Shown here: piece after piece, positions 28,475 to 38,653 of the stretch | Layout of the letters: the number at the start of each line of letters is the position of its first letter | Position numbering within the stretch: position 1 is the first letter of the stretch | The notes under the pieces: model-generated | Database searches by the model: none | Told to the model about the DNA's origin: nothing | What the model saw: the letters and a program-made list of their open reading frames with translations, nothing else | Source: an uncultured Planctomycetales bacterium | GTDB lineage: Bacteria > Omnitrophota > Gorgyraeia > Zapsychrales > JAHFFX01 | NCBI GenBank assembly: GCA_964464475.1 | Contig: CAYXGG010000008.1 | Coordinates: 27,294 to 91,293 of the forward strand | Length of the DNA stretch: 64,000 nucleotides | Reading direction: 5' to 3' | Program-made: the position numbers and the translations under genes

Positions 28475-30352
28475 ATGAGAAAAATGGTGAATGCAAAGAA
28501 AATAATGAATGGGTTTTGGATCATGTTGTTGCTGGGGAACGTCCTGGTATCTCGTTTGGCTTGGGCTGATGAGGCCCGGTTTGAGGCGACGGTGGAGACG
28601 AGCAAATTCGCGCTAGGTCAAACGACTCAGTTGGTGTTGACCATGACCGGGGGGCAGTTTGCTGAGGCGCCGGAATTACCCGCTGTCGACGGGTTGGATA
28701 TCAGATATTTAGGACCTTCCACCAAGGTTTCTATTGTCAATGGCAACATGTCTTCGATGACGTCGCATATTTATTTGGTGTTGGCGCGTCAGACCGGTAA
28801 ATTTACGATTCCGGCGGTAACGGTGTCTGTGGGAGGCAAAACCGTAACGTCCCAGCCGATTGAGCTGGAGGTCGTTGACTCAGGCGCTGCTGTTGGATCG
28901 GGAGGCGCGGGCGCATCGGCCAATACGGCTGTAGGAGGCAATAGCAGTGCTTCGCTGGAAGATAAAATATTTTTGACACTGGCGTTACCTAAAGAGGAAG
29001 TTTTTTTGAATGAAAAAGTTCCCGTCACCATTAAGATTTTTGTGAATCGAATCGCGGTGCAAGATATTCAGTTTCCCAAATTCGAACTGAATGGGTTTTT
29101 GATAGACGACACGTATGAACATAAGCAGTACCAGCAAGTCGTGGGAGGCGTTGCTTATCAGGTAGTGGAATTTAATACCAATATCTATCCGGCGCGAACG
29201 GGAGAGCTGGCCATTGGTCCCGCGACCGTGACGGCTACCGCGCTATTTGAGAATTCGCGTGGTTCCAATGATCGTTGGAACAGTCCTTTCGGTGATGATT
29301 TCTTGAATGGTTTTTTTAATACGTATGAACGTCGTCAGCTGACGGTCAAATCCGCTGCCGCCAAACTAAATGTGTTGCCCTGGCCCGAGGAGGGGAAGCC
29401 TGTGGATTTCTCTGGCGCGGTTGGTCAATTTGGGTTTGAAGCGAGTGCTGCTCCCAATGCCATCAAATTGGGAGATCCCGTGACGTTAAAGATGAAGGTC
29501 TCGGGATCTGGGAATTTGAAGAACGTGACTTTACCGGCTATTTCTGACTCCGCGCAATATAAAACTTATGAACCGCAAATAAAACTGGAAGGTAATGTCA
29601 AAAGTGGTGAACAAATTGTGATCCCGCAGATGGAAGGCATTAAAGAAATTCCTGCGGTTAGTTTTGCTTATTTTGACCCCCAAGAAAAGAAATATAAGAA
29701 GCTTTCTCAGGGGCCTTTTAGTGTTGCGATTGCTAAACCGAAACCCGGAGAGGATTTTAGGATTATTCAGTTTGATCCATCACAAAAGTCCTTTCCCAGT
29801 GCTACGGCTCCGGCAACGGTGCAGGAAACATTGGGTCGCGATATTATTTTTATCAAAGACTATCCGGGAATATGGATCCACCGCGAGCGGTCCGTCTTCA
29901 ATAATGGATGGTATTGGCTGCTTTGGGGCTTCACTTTGGGAGGATGGGGGAGCGCGTGGTTATGGTATCGGCAAACACATCGCCTGAAAACTGATCCCGT
30001 TTTTGCCCGAAAGTTGCGGGCGCCGCGAAAGGCTCGAGAAGGATTGGCCAAAGCTAAAGTCAGTTTAGAACGTCAAGATAGTCCAGCGTTTCATGATGAA
30101 TTGATGCGAACTTTACAAGAATATTTTGGCGATAAATGTCATCAGCCTGCCGCCAGTGTTTCACTGAGCCTGATTCAATCTCAGACGGCAGCCCGGGGAG
30201 TGAAGCCCCAGGTTTTAGAAGGTTTGCCGGCGGTATTCACGGATTGTGACTTAGCCCGATTTGCGTTGACGCCGGTTCCCGTGGAGAGAATGCGGGCTAG
30301 CTTGCAAACAGTGGAACAATTAATTGACGTGACGGAAAAGGTGTGGCGATGA
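28475..30352 (+). CDS. batD: BatD-like oxygen-tolerance protein
   Basis: Signal peptide, large beta-rich ectodomain, C-terminal TM (WYWLLWGFTLGGWGSAWLWY); position in operon. Confidence 0.8.
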   Translation: MRKMVNAKKIMNGFWIMLLLGNVLVSRLAWADEARFEATVETSKFALGQTTQLVLTMTGGQFAEAPELPAVDGLDIRYLGPSTKVSIVNGNMSSMTSHIYLVLARQTGKFTIPAVTVSVGGKTVTSQPIELEVVDSGAAVGSGGAGASANTAVGGNSSASLEDKIFLTLALPKEEVFLNEKVPVTIKIFVNRIAVQDIQFPKFELNGFLIDDTYEHKQYQQVVGGVAYQVVEFNTNIYPARTGELAIGPATVTATALFENSRGSNDRWNSPFGDDFLNGFFNTYERRQLTVKSAAAKLNVLPWPEEGKPVDFSGAVGQFGFEASAAPNAIKLGDPVTLKMKVSGSGNLKNVTLPAISDSAQYKTYEPQIKLEGNVKSGEQIVIPQMEGIKEIPAVSFAYFDPQEKKYKKLSQGPFSVAIAKPKPGEDFRIIQFDPSQKSFPSATAPATVQETLGRDIIFIKDYPGIWIHRERSVFNNGWYWLLWGFTLGGWGSAWLWYRQTHRLKTDPVFARKLRAPRKAREGLAKAKVSLERQDSPAFHDELMRTLQEYFGDKCHQPAASVSLSLIQSQTAARGVKPQVLEGLPAVFTDCDLARFALTPVPVERMRASLQTVEQLIDVTEKVWR

Positions 30353-31098
30353 AAAAGATATTTTTAATGATGGGCATTTGGCTTCTGTTGGTGGGTGGAG
30401 CTTGGGCTCAGAATGACCAGGTCTTGTCGTGGTTTGTGGAAGGCAATAATGCTTATAAAAGTGCGGATTACGCGGGCGCTATTGTCGCTTTTGAGAAAAT
30501 TACGGCATCGGGGGTGGTGAGCGGCGCGGTGTACTACAATTTGGGCAATAGTTATTACAAAAAAGGAGAATTGGGTAAGGCGTTGTTGAATTACGAACGG
30601 GCTCGACGTCTTATGCCGCGTGATAGCGACCTGGAAGCCAATTGGGAATATGCTAACTCCCTCGTTAAAAAATCCACTGAGGACATTAAACATGGATTTT
30701 GGGCGCGGGCGATGAACCATTATCTGTTGTCTTTTTCCCTGGGAGAGTGGGCTTGCGGGGTATGGATAAATATTTTTGTTTTAGCAGTGGTGCATTTGCT
30801 GTCTTTATGGTTGAATTGGAACAAGGTTTTAAGCCGCTGGTTGGTTGCCACGCTTTTGCTTTTGGCGGTGGTGCACGGAGGTTTGCTGTGGGTTAAATTG
30901 AATAGCGAAGGCCGCTTCGCGGTGGTGCTTAAGGAAGAAGCGGCTCGCTTTGAACCCCGCGCTGAAGCGACCAAACACTTTGATCTTTATGAAGGGGCCA
31001 AGGTTGAAGTCATCCGAGCTGAGGGGAGTTGGGTCAAGATTAGACGGTTAGATAAAAATTTAGGTTGGGTTCCGAAAGCAACTGTAGAACGTATTTGA
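30349..31098 (+). CDS. batE: BatE-like TPR plus SH3b protein
   Basis: Signal peptide, TPR, TM helices, C-terminal SH3_3-like (…GAKVEVIRAEGSWVKIRRLDKNLGWVPKATV…); overlaps the batD stop. Confidence 0.75.
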   Translation: MKKIFLMMGIWLLLVGGAWAQNDQVLSWFVEGNNAYKSADYAGAIVAFEKITASGVVSGAVYYNLGNSYYKKGELGKALLNYERARRLMPRDSDLEANWEYANSLVKKSTEDIKHGFWARAMNHYLLSFSLGEWACGVWINIFVLAVVHLLSLWLNWNKVLSRWLVATLLLLAVVHGGLLWVKLNSEGRFAVVLKEEAARFEPRAEATKHFDLYEGAKVEVIRAEGSWVKIRRLDKNLGWVPKATVERI

Positions 31099-31223
31099 CA
31101 CAAAAGATTCATTTTTAATGTATTTTTTTAGTTTGATCGAAAGAATGCGCAACCGAAGGTAGAGCAAAATTTTTAAAGGCGGCTTAAATTTAAAGAAAAC
31201 GGTCATAACGGAAAGGAACTTTG

Positions 31224-32087
31224 ATGAAAAAATTGATGAAGGGAATAATTTGGGGAATGATGCTATCAGGGATATTCGCGATCTCAGCGATGGCCGCTCA
31301 AGTCTCTCAGGAGGAGTTCAGCGTTTCTATCGGTTCCCGACATGTTTATGCAACCGACGTGCACGCGACGGATAAGGAGCTTTCTGTTTCGGAAACAAAG
31401 TTTAGCGCTACGGAGGAGTTTAAAGTCGGTCGGGTGCCGTTAAGTTTGTATTTGAATAACCAGCACATTGGGATCAATGAAGATATTCCTTTAGGGTTGC
31501 CGACTCAGTTGGTCGCGACGACCGTTGGCTTGGGGGTTAAGGTTCCGATGCCGTTTACCGAATCAGATTTGTATTATTTGGGTATTGATGTTCTGCCTTC
31601 TATGTATCGAGATGATTGGGATTGGCAGTCGGGATCGTTTCGGATTCCTTTTAGAGTCTATGGTATTTATCGAAAGTCAGAGTCTTTGATTTGGGTGGCG
31701 GGCGCGTATGTGCGGCCGGAATTTGAAGATGCTGTGTTGCCTATTATTGGTTTGAGGTGGGTTCCTAATGACAAGTGGGAAGTGAATATGTTGTCGGATG
31801 AGCCGAACGTGACATATAAATTGAATGACCAGTGGTCGGCGTTGGCGGAAATGGGTTTTCAAAACGGCGAATATGAAGTCACGCGTGGCCGGGAAGAGAA
31901 CGTGATTCTACAGTATAAATCCACGTCGTTTGGCGGAGGATTAAAGTATGCTCTGACGGAAAATTGGGGCGCTAAGCTTTCTGTGGGGGCGGTCACGGGA
32001 CGCCAAATCAGATACCGAGATAATTTAGGAAAAGTGGTGCCGGACGCGGGACTTTACACGGAGTTTAAGTTAAACGGGAAGTTTTAG
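31224..32087 (+). CDS. outer-membrane beta-barrel protein (hypothetical)
   Basis: Signal peptide, alternating amphipathic beta-strand pattern, C-terminal Phe (…LNGKF) typical of BAM substrates. Confidence 0.55.
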   Translation: MKKLMKGIIWGMMLSGIFAISAMAAQVSQEEFSVSIGSRHVYATDVHATDKELSVSETKFSATEEFKVGRVPLSLYLNNQHIGINEDIPLGLPTQLVATTVGLGVKVPMPFTESDLYYLGIDVLPSMYRDDWDWQSGSFRIPFRVYGIYRKSESLIWVAGAYVRPEFEDAVLPIIGLRWVPNDKWEVNMLSDEPNVTYKLNDQWSALAEMGFQNGEYEVTRGREENVILQYKSTSFGGGLKYALTENWGAKLSVGAVTGRQIRYRDNLGKVVPDAGLYTEFKLNGKF

Positions 32088-32109
32088 AGGTCTGAGATGG
32101 TGAGAAGGA

Positions 32110-32160
32110 GGGCGGCTGTGGGCGTTTAACGCTCGCAGCCGCCCTTATAATTTTTTCTTT
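32110..32160 (+). terminator. rho-independent terminator
   Basis: GGGCGGCTG…CAGCCGCCC 9-bp stem followed by TTATAATTTTTTCTTTATTTTT. Confidence 0.65.
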
Positions 32161-32292
32161 ATTTTTAATATTTTCTAAGCTAGAATGGGCGCTCATTTGA
32201 ATATTTTTTAGTTAAGCATCACACAACGCCATTCACCGTAAGAATTAGAGCCGGAATCACCCGGTTGACAAGAAAAGAAAGGGAGTCATCAC

Positions 32293-33345
32293 ATGGCAAC
32301 CAACATCGCCAAAATGCTGGGCAGTGAGGCAAAAACGCTGCTGGATCACCAATGTAAAACTATCTCCAAAGAAGATTTGACGCTTCCCACGGGAGATTTT
32401 GTGGATCAGATATTCCTGCATTCCGATCGTAATAATAACGTGTTAAAGAATTTAAACTGGATGTATCATCACGGCCGTTTAGGCGGTACGGGATATTTGT
32501 CCATTTTGCCTGTTGATCAAGGTATCGAACATTCCGCTGCCGCATCTTTTGCGCCGAACCCCATGTATTTTGATCCGGAAAATATTATTAAGCTGGCTAT
32601 TGAAGGCGGCTGTAACGCCGTGGCCTCAACTCTCGGGGTTCTGGGGCTTTATTCACGAAAATACGCTCACAAAATTCCCTTTGTAGTCAAAATTAATCAC
32701 AATCAACTTTTTGTGTTGCCAGAAGTTCATGATCAGCGCTTGTTCGCTTCTGTAAAACAATGTTATGACATGGGTGCCGCCGGCGTTGGCGCCACGATTT
32801 ATTTTGGTTCGCCGGAATCCAATCGCCAGATTGAAGAAATTTCCGCTGCCTTTGCGGAAGCGCACCGGTTGGGTTTGTTTACGATCCTCTGGTGTTATAC
32901 CCGTAACCCCGCGTTTAAACAGGGCGGAACAGATTATCATGTCTCCGCGGATCTGACGGGCCAAGCGAATCACCTGGGCGTCACAATTGAAGCTGACATT
33001 ATCAAACAGAAACTCCCTGAAAATAACGGTGGCTATAATGCGGTTAAGATTGGTAAAACGCATAAATTGGTTTACGAAAAATTGAGTTCAGATCATCCCA
33101 TTGATCTGTGCCGTTATCAGGTTGCCAATTGTTACATGGGAAAGATTGGCTTGATCAATTCCGGTGGTCCCTCGGGGGAAAACGACATCCAACAGGCCGT
33201 TAAAACCGCGGTTATTAATAAGCGCGCGGGCGGTATGGGGCTGATCTCCGGACGTAAGGCTTTTCAAAAGCCGTTTAAGACAGGTGTAGAAATCTTAAAC
33301 GCCATACAGGATGTTTATTTGGATAAAGCAGTCACGATAGCTTAA
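32293..33345 (+). CDS. fbaB: class I fructose-bisphosphate aldolase (FbaB/DhnA type)
   Basis: Near-colinear similarity to E. coli FbaB over all 350 aa as recalled from memory (…[17 protein letters not shown]…VKLNHN…[13 protein letters not shown]…INSGG…[17 protein letters not shown]…VYLD…ITIA). Confidence 0.9.
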   Translation: MATNIAKMLGSEAKTLLDHQCKTISKEDLTLPTGDFVDQIFLHSDRNNNVLKNLNWMYHHGRLGGTGYLSILPVDQGIEHSAAASFAPNPMYFDPENIIKLAIEGGCNAVASTLGVLGLYSRKYAHKIPFVVKINHNQLFVLPEVHDQRLFASVKQCYDMGAAGVGATIYFGSPESNRQIEEISAAFAEAHRLGLFTILWCYTRNPAFKQGGTDYHVSADLTGQANHLGVTIEADIIKQKLPENNGGYNAVKIGKTHKLVYEKLSSDHPIDLCRYQVANCYMGKIGLINSGGPSGENDIQQAVKTAVINKRAGGMGLISGRKAFQKPFKTGVEILNAIQDVYLDKAVTIA

Positions 33346-33360
33346 GCATGCGGTATTGAT

Positions 33361-33403
33361 AATTTGAGAAGATGTGCTGATTGTTGGGCTATCTTCTCAA
33401 ATT
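33361..33403 (+). terminator. perfect 13-bp inverted repeat hairpin after fbaB (terminator or operator)
   Basis: AATTTGAGAAGAT-(17 nt)-ATCTTCTCAAATT; only a weak T-tract follows. Confidence 0.35.
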
Positions 33404-33451
33404 ATTTCTCAGTCTTCAAGGTATTCAACTTGGTATGTCAACGGTGTCCAT

Positions 33452-34648
33452 ATGATAACTGCAGAACAAGAATTATCTCCGAAGGTTCAACAGCCTAAAT
33501 TTGCTTCAATAGAGCATCCCAAAAAGATGGGGCGCGATCGAATTTACCTCGAGCCGCTGACTTGGTTGCGTGGCATTGCCGCTTTCTTTGTCATTGTTTC
33601 GCACTGTTTGAGGGCCACCGAAGTTAAGTATTTTCCCTCTGATTCTCCGGGGGCTTTGTTGGTATTACGATGGTTGGATTTAGGTAATTTTGGCGTTGTG
33701 CTATTTTTTGCTTTGAGTGGCTTAACGCTTTTTTTGAGTAATTCATTTGTGGGCACTCAGAAGAGTGTCATTGGTTTTTATGTGAAACGTTTTTTTAGAA
33801 TTTGGCCAGCTTTTGTCGTTTCTTTATTCATTTACTTAATTTTTAATGAGTTCTTCTGTCGCCACTACACTGGCGCCATCAATGGTTATCTTATCGAGAA
33901 TCATTTGCGTCCCTATAACCTTACCGATGTACTGACTTATTTGGCGCTAACTTTTAATTTTACCGGCCCTGAAGAGTTATTTAACTTTGCTTATTGGTCA
34001 CTACCGGTAGAGTTCCAATATTATTTAATTTTTCCTTTAGCGGTATTACTCATGAAAAGATTTGGGGGAAAGGCTATTTTCCTGATGGGGGCTGTTTTAT
34101 TCCTTATTGGGACAAAACGTTGGTTGCCTTTTGATAACTTTAAAGTTTTCTTGCTGGCATACTCATTTTTGGGCGGCATTTATCTCGGCACATTGGATTT
34201 TGCCAAGCTTCCCAAAATTTCGTACCGATTGGCGTTATGGATTTTGGCCGCCATTGTGGTCGCTGTCTCAGTGATTGCTAATAAGTACGTAACACTCCCG
34301 AAAGTACCGTTTTTTCATAAGGAGTGGAACTATTACATTCCCGCGGCGTTGCTTTCCATTTACGTAATTCTCTGTGCAGATTTTACGCAGTTGCCGAATC
34401 AACTAAAGAGGTTTTTGCAAAGATGTGGAGAAATGTCGTTTAGTGCTTATTTATTCCATCAAATATTCGTAGCGATGAGTGTTTTGTTTATTGTCAAATA
34501 TCACGTGACCGGATTGGATAAGCTATTACTAACGTTCCCTTTTACCATCTTAGCGACTTATTATTTTTCTCAGTTATCTTACCGTTTTATTGAGAAACCA
34601 TTTGTTAATTTATCCCGCCAGCTAGTCACAAGATTTCAATTAACGTAA
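33452..34648 (+). CDS. acyltransferase family 3 membrane protein
   Basis: …RIYLEPLTWLRGIAAFFVIVSHC… typical N-terminal Acyl_transf_3 motif; about 10 TM helices; ORF extends upstream to 33374 but ATG 33452 or the downstream MGRDR start fits better. Confidence 0.7.
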   Translation: MITAEQELSPKVQQPKFASIEHPKKMGRDRIYLEPLTWLRGIAAFFVIVSHCLRATEVKYFPSDSPGALLVLRWLDLGNFGVVLFFALSGLTLFLSNSFVGTQKSVIGFYVKRFFRIWPAFVVSLFIYLIFNEFFCRHYTGAINGYLIENHLRPYNLTDVLTYLALTFNFTGPEELFNFAYWSLPVEFQYYLIFPLAVLLMKRFGGKAIFLMGAVLFLIGTKRWLPFDNFKVFLLAYSFLGGIYLGTLDFAKLPKISYRLALWILAAIVVAVSVIANKYVTLPKVPFFHKEWNYYIPAALLSIYVILCADFTQLPNQLKRFLQRCGEMSFSAYLFHQIFVAMSVLFIVKYHVTGLDKLLLTFPFTILATYYFSQLSYRFIEKPFVNLSRQLVTRFQLT

Positions 34649-34677
34649 GAAAATTCAGATCTTTCATTCCTCTAGGG

Positions 34678-36438
34678 TCACTGCTTTAATTGCGACCTTA
34701 GTTGATCCCAATAACTTTTGTGAATTTTAAAACCCCGCGCTTGGGCTAATAAAGCTTCTTGATAGGCAAGATCAAATTGTCTTAAATAAGAATAGATCAA
34801 GGAGCTATAGAAAAAGGCCGTTGCGTTGGCTGGGTTTAGCGTTGTTACTCTTTTGAGATCAACAAGAGCGCTTTGCGGTTGGTTTAAGTCAGCATAAGCC
34901 TTTGCCCGGTTGAAATAGGCGGTTTCCATGCCGGGGTTTAAAGCAATGGCTTTTGTTAAATCAGATAACGCTTCAGACGCTCGCTTCGCTTTAAGGAGCG
35001 CGTACCCTCGATTGTTATAAAATTGGGGTTCGACTGGGTCTAGAGCGATCGCCTGGTTAAAGTTTTGCAATGCTTCGTCATGCTGGCCCGATTCGCTTAA
35101 GAAGATCGCTTTTTTAGAATACGCGAGTGCGACAGTAGGGTATTTATTAATAACATCCGACCATAATCTCAAATTGTCCTGCCAAAGATCGGCGCGAAAA
35201 TACGTTGTAATGACCAAGAAAATAATAATAGCCACCGCGTCAGCCGACAGAATCAGGAGCGTAAATTCGTTATTCAGGCGTTTAATAAAATGAATGGCCC
35301 AGGTTACCAAGCCAAAAAATAAGCCTACGTGGGGAAGATAGGCATAACGATCGTTGATAAAGAATCCATAACTCATATTCGCGAGAGGAAGCAATAGGGT
35401 CAGGATAAAAAAAGACAGAGAAAACCAGTAGAGGCGTGAGTGGCGGCATAGGCGACTTCCCAGGTAGAGCACAAGCGCGACTAAGACGGGCGCCCAAGTC
35501 ACCATCCAGGGCCAATCTCCGGATGAGGTTTTTTCTGGAAATGGATACACTAAAGAGAGTTTGGTGGGAATCCAGGTCCGGATGAACATCGACAATAGTC
35601 CATAGCTGGCTAGACAGAATTTCTCAACGAGGGTATATGAATCGTAGAATTTTTGATTCAGAATAGGTTCCAGTAAACGTAAATTAAATGCGAGAAACCC
35701 TGCCGCCAAAAATAGAAAGGGGATTTTTTCGATCATCGTTTTGAGAGTGAATTTTCGGTGGAAATAGAAATCAATTAAGCACAGAAGGAAGGGAAAAATG
35801 ATCGCTTGCGGTTTGGCGAGGCAGGCGGCCACAAACCACACGATAGTTAGCTGTATGTAATAATTTCGTCGATTCGTTTTTAGAAGGGCGGACGAATACG
35901 TCCATAACCCTGCCAGACTAAATAGGGTTGATAAAACGTCCTTGCGTTCGGTGATCCAAACGACCGACTCCACGCGTAGCGGATGAATCCCAAAAAGCAG
36001 GGCGGTTAATAACGCCGCGGGCCAGTTTCCTCTGCCCCAATAATAAGTTAGGCAAAATACTAGGCCGACGCAGGTTAGGTGTAGTAATAAATTATTTAAG
36101 TGGAAAATGAAGGGATTGAGGCCGAATAATTGTTTCTCAATGGCAAAACTAAAGAAAGTTAGCGGTTGATAGTAAGATGGGTTCTGGGTTGGGAGAAAAA
36201 TATCGGTCCAGTTGTCCCAGTTGAATTCGAGTACTGCTGGATTGGCCGTAAGGCTTAAATCATCGTCCCAGTTAATAAATCCAGCTCGCAGTCCCGGCGA
36301 AAAAATTAAAAAAACAAGGGCCAGAATTAAAGCCAAATAGACACGAACTCTTCGCGGTAGTGGCCCCGGTGGGCTTTGTGGTTCACGAGACATGGATTCT
36401 CGAGGTGGTTCTTGCGCGCTTTGAATAGGTGCTGTCAT
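34678..36438 (-). CDS. TMTC-like GT-C membrane glycosyltransferase domain (DUF1736-type) fused to C-terminal TPR repeats
   Basis: N-terminal multi-TM region with …GFINWDDD… motif; C-terminal TPR repeats of about 200 aa. Confidence 0.65.
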   Translation of the reverse strand: MTAPIQSAQEPPRESMSREPQSPPGPLPRRVRVYLALILALVFLIFSPGLRAGFINWDDDLSLTANPAVLEFNWDNWTDIFLPTQNPSYYQPLTFFSFAIEKQLFGLNPFIFHLNNLLLHLTCVGLVFCLTYYWGRGNWPAALLTALLFGIHPLRVESVVWITERKDVLSTLFSLAGLWTYSSALLKTNRRNYYIQLTIVWFVAACLAKPQAIIFPFLLCLIDFYFHRKFTLKTMIEKIPFLFLAAGFLAFNLRLLEPILNQKFYDSYTLVEKFCLASYGLLSMFIRTWIPTKLSLVYPFPEKTSSGDWPWMVTWAPVLVALVLYLGSRLCRHSRLYWFSLSFFILTLLLPLANMSYGFFINDRYAYLPHVGLFFGLVTWAIHFIKRLNNEFTLLILSADAVAIIIFLVITTYFRADLWQDNLRLWSDVINKYPTVALAYSKKAIFLSESGQHDEALQNFNQAIALDPVEPQFYNNRGYALLKAKRASEALSDLTKAIALNPGMETAYFNRAKAYADLNQPQSALVDLKRVTTLNPANATAFFYSSLIYSYLRQFDLAYQEALLAQARGFKIHKSYWDQLRSQLKQ

Positions 36439-36475
36439 AAAGTGATTATGTGTCCAAAATTAAAGAATATATCTT

Positions 36476-37624
36476 TTATGCGCCAACGACTTTGAGGATT
36501 TCTTGCGCAGCGCGGCGGCTGGCTCCGGGCTCGCCCATGGAGTCGCGAATGGCCTGTAATTCTTTTTTTATTTCCGCAATGCGTAGCTCATCGGTAAAAA
36601 TGGCGCGGAGTTCTTGCGCGATTTTTTCCGGGTGGGCGTTGCCTTGGATACATTCCGGCACGATTTGTTTGCCGGCCAAAACATTGGCCATGCCAATATG
36701 AGGGATACTGATGAGGAGTCGTGCGATGAGGTACGTGAGGGGAGAAGTTTTGTAGACGACTACCATCGGCTTTAAGAGCATGGCGGCTTCAAAAGTAGCT
36801 GTTCCCGATGAGATGATACAGAGGTGACAGGCGTTAAGCGCGTTGTAGCCGTCGGGAGGCACCACCTTGATCGGTAAAGAGGTATAGGGTCTAAAATATT
36901 TTTCCATTAACAGCATATCAATCGATGGAGCGCGGATGACTATAAATTGTACGCCGCCCATTTCCTTGCACAGCAGTTTGGCGGCTTCTAGCATGACGGG
37001 CAAATGCCGCTCTATTTCTTTTTCTCGGGATCCGGGCAGGATGCCAATCGTTAGTTTATCGGTTGAAAGGCCATGAAATTTTAAAACCTCGTCAGGTTTC
37101 TTGGTGATCGTCAGCGAATCTAGAAAGGGATGCCCCACAAACGCGACATCAACAATACGACGCGCGTAAAAATCTTTTTCAAAAGGAAAAATCACGATCA
37201 TGCGATCGACGTACTTTTTGATTAATTTGACGCGTTGTTCTTTCCATGCCCAGATTTGGGGGCTAATATAATAAATAACTTTGATGTTTAATTTTTTTAG
37301 TGCTTTGGCCAAGCGTAGATTGAAACCTGGATAGTCAATCAGGATGACAGCCGTAGGCCGGACTTTTTTGGCGCGTTGAATAAACAGCTTGAAAATTTTT
37401 CTAAAATAACCGTAATGCTTGAGGACTTCGACAAATCCCACAACCGCCTTTTGGGTTAAATCTTCCATGATATCCACACCGGCTTGCGCCATATTGGGGC
37501 CGCCAATACCGGCAAAAGACGCTTGGGGATGTAGTTTTCTTAGTTCGGTGACGAGGTGAGCCCCATGTTGATCTCCGGAGGTCTCCCCGGCAACGATTAG
37601 GAAGCTAAGAGGGGATTTTTCCAT
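36476..37624 (-). CDS. lpxB: lipid-A-disaccharide synthase
   Basis: …LSFLIVAGETSGDQHGAHLV… and overall LpxB architecture. Confidence 0.9.
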   Translation of the reverse strand: MEKSPLSFLIVAGETSGDQHGAHLVTELRKLHPQASFAGIGGPNMAQAGVDIMEDLTQKAVVGFVEVLKHYGYFRKIFKLFIQRAKKVRPTAVILIDYPGFNLRLAKALKKLNIKVIYYISPQIWAWKEQRVKLIKKYVDRMIVIFPFEKDFYARRIVDVAFVGHPFLDSLTITKKPDEVLKFHGLSTDKLTIGILPGSREKEIERHLPVMLEAAKLLCKEMGGVQFIVIRAPSIDMLLMEKYFRPYTSLPIKVVPPDGYNALNACHLCIISSGTATFEAAMLLKPMVVVYKTSPLTYLIARLLISIPHIGMANVLAGKQIVPECIQGNAHPEKIAQELRAIFTDELRIAEIKKELQAIRDSMGEPGASRRAAQEILKVVGA

Positions 37625-38535
37625 AGTTTTTCTTCAATTTCTTGGGCTAGCTTAAGCGCGTCGCGCCCTTCTTCGCCCGCAACTAAAGGTCGTTTGTGGT
37701 CGCGAACACACAGGGCGAATGATTCAAGTTCTTTTTTGAGGGGTTCTTCTTTCTCGATCGGGAGCGGGGCTTTGGAAATTTCGGAACCATTTTTGCGATA
37801 AATGAAGGCTTCCTGTTTAACGTAATCCAAGGAAATATAGGTGTCGTTGAGAAAGATGCGGATTTTACGCATGACTTCATCCGACACCCGGCTGGCGGTA
37901 AGGTTACAGACGCATCCATTCTCAAAGGTGATGCGGGCATTGGCGATATCTTCCAGCGGTGTCAAAACTTTAACCCCGACGGCGCTGACCTCTTTGATGG
38001 GCGACTTGACGAGGCCAAGCACGATATCAATATCGTGGATCATTAGGTCCATCACCACCCCAATGTCCAGGGATCGGTTGGGGAAATGGTTTAAGCGGTG
38101 ACATTCAATAAAAAGGGGGTTCTGGGCAATGTCCTGGATGGCGGTAAAGGCGGAATTGAATCGTTCTACGTGTCCCACCTGAAGAATCAATTTATTTTTA
38201 GCGGCAAGGGTGATGAGTTCTTCTGCTTCCTTAACTTTTAGCGTGATCGGCTTCTCAATAAAAGTATGCGTGTTTCGTTCCAGAAAGAATTTGGCGATTT
38301 CGAAATGGCTGGTGGTGGGGGTGCAGATATTGACGGCGTCTACTAAACCGAATAATTTTTTGTAATCGTTAAAGTAGGGAACGTGATAGTGTTCGCAGAA
38401 TTTCTGGGTGCGTTCTGCGAGGCTATCACAGATGCCCACCACATGAACTAGGTCAGCGAGTTGTTCTTTATAAACTTTTAAATGTCGGCTGCCGAGGTGA
38501 CCAATGCCGATGATCGCGGTATTAAGTTTGCGCAT
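37597..38535 (-). CDS. Gfo/Idh/MocA-family NAD(P)-dependent oxidoreductase
   Basis: Rossmann motif IIGIGHLGSRH, …EKP… motif; 3' end overlaps lpxB, a common lpxB partner. Confidence 0.8.
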   Translation of the reverse strand: MRKLNTAIIGIGHLGSRHLKVYKEQLADLVHVVGICDSLAERTQKFCEHYHVPYFNDYKKLFGLVDAVNICTPTTSHFEIAKFFLERNTHTFIEKPITLKVKEAEELITLAAKNKLILQVGHVERFNSAFTAIQDIAQNPLFIECHRLNHFPNRSLDIGVVMDLMIHDIDIVLGLVKSPIKEVSAVGVKVLTPLEDIANARITFENGCVCNLTASRVSDEVMRKIRIFLNDTYISLDYVKQEAFIYRKNGSEISKAPLPIEKEEPLKKELESFALCVRDHKRPLVAGEEGRDALKLAQEIEEKLWKNPLLAS

Positions 38536-38615
38536 AGGTAAGATTTGTTTTCCGGTAACCGTATGTCCCAGAAGGGTTTTGTTAATTAATAATTGCGTGC
38601 ACTATAACAAATGCC

Positions 38616-38644
38616 TCGACAAAAGTCAACCGCTGTGCTAACAT
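38616..38644 (+). promoter_or_regulatory. putative sigma70-type promoter for msbA (TCGACA-17-TAACAT), possibly leaderless
   Basis: Hexamers with 17-nt spacing end about 9 nt before the msbA ATG; no SD present. Confidence 0.3.
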
Positions 38645-38653
38645 CCAGCCTCT

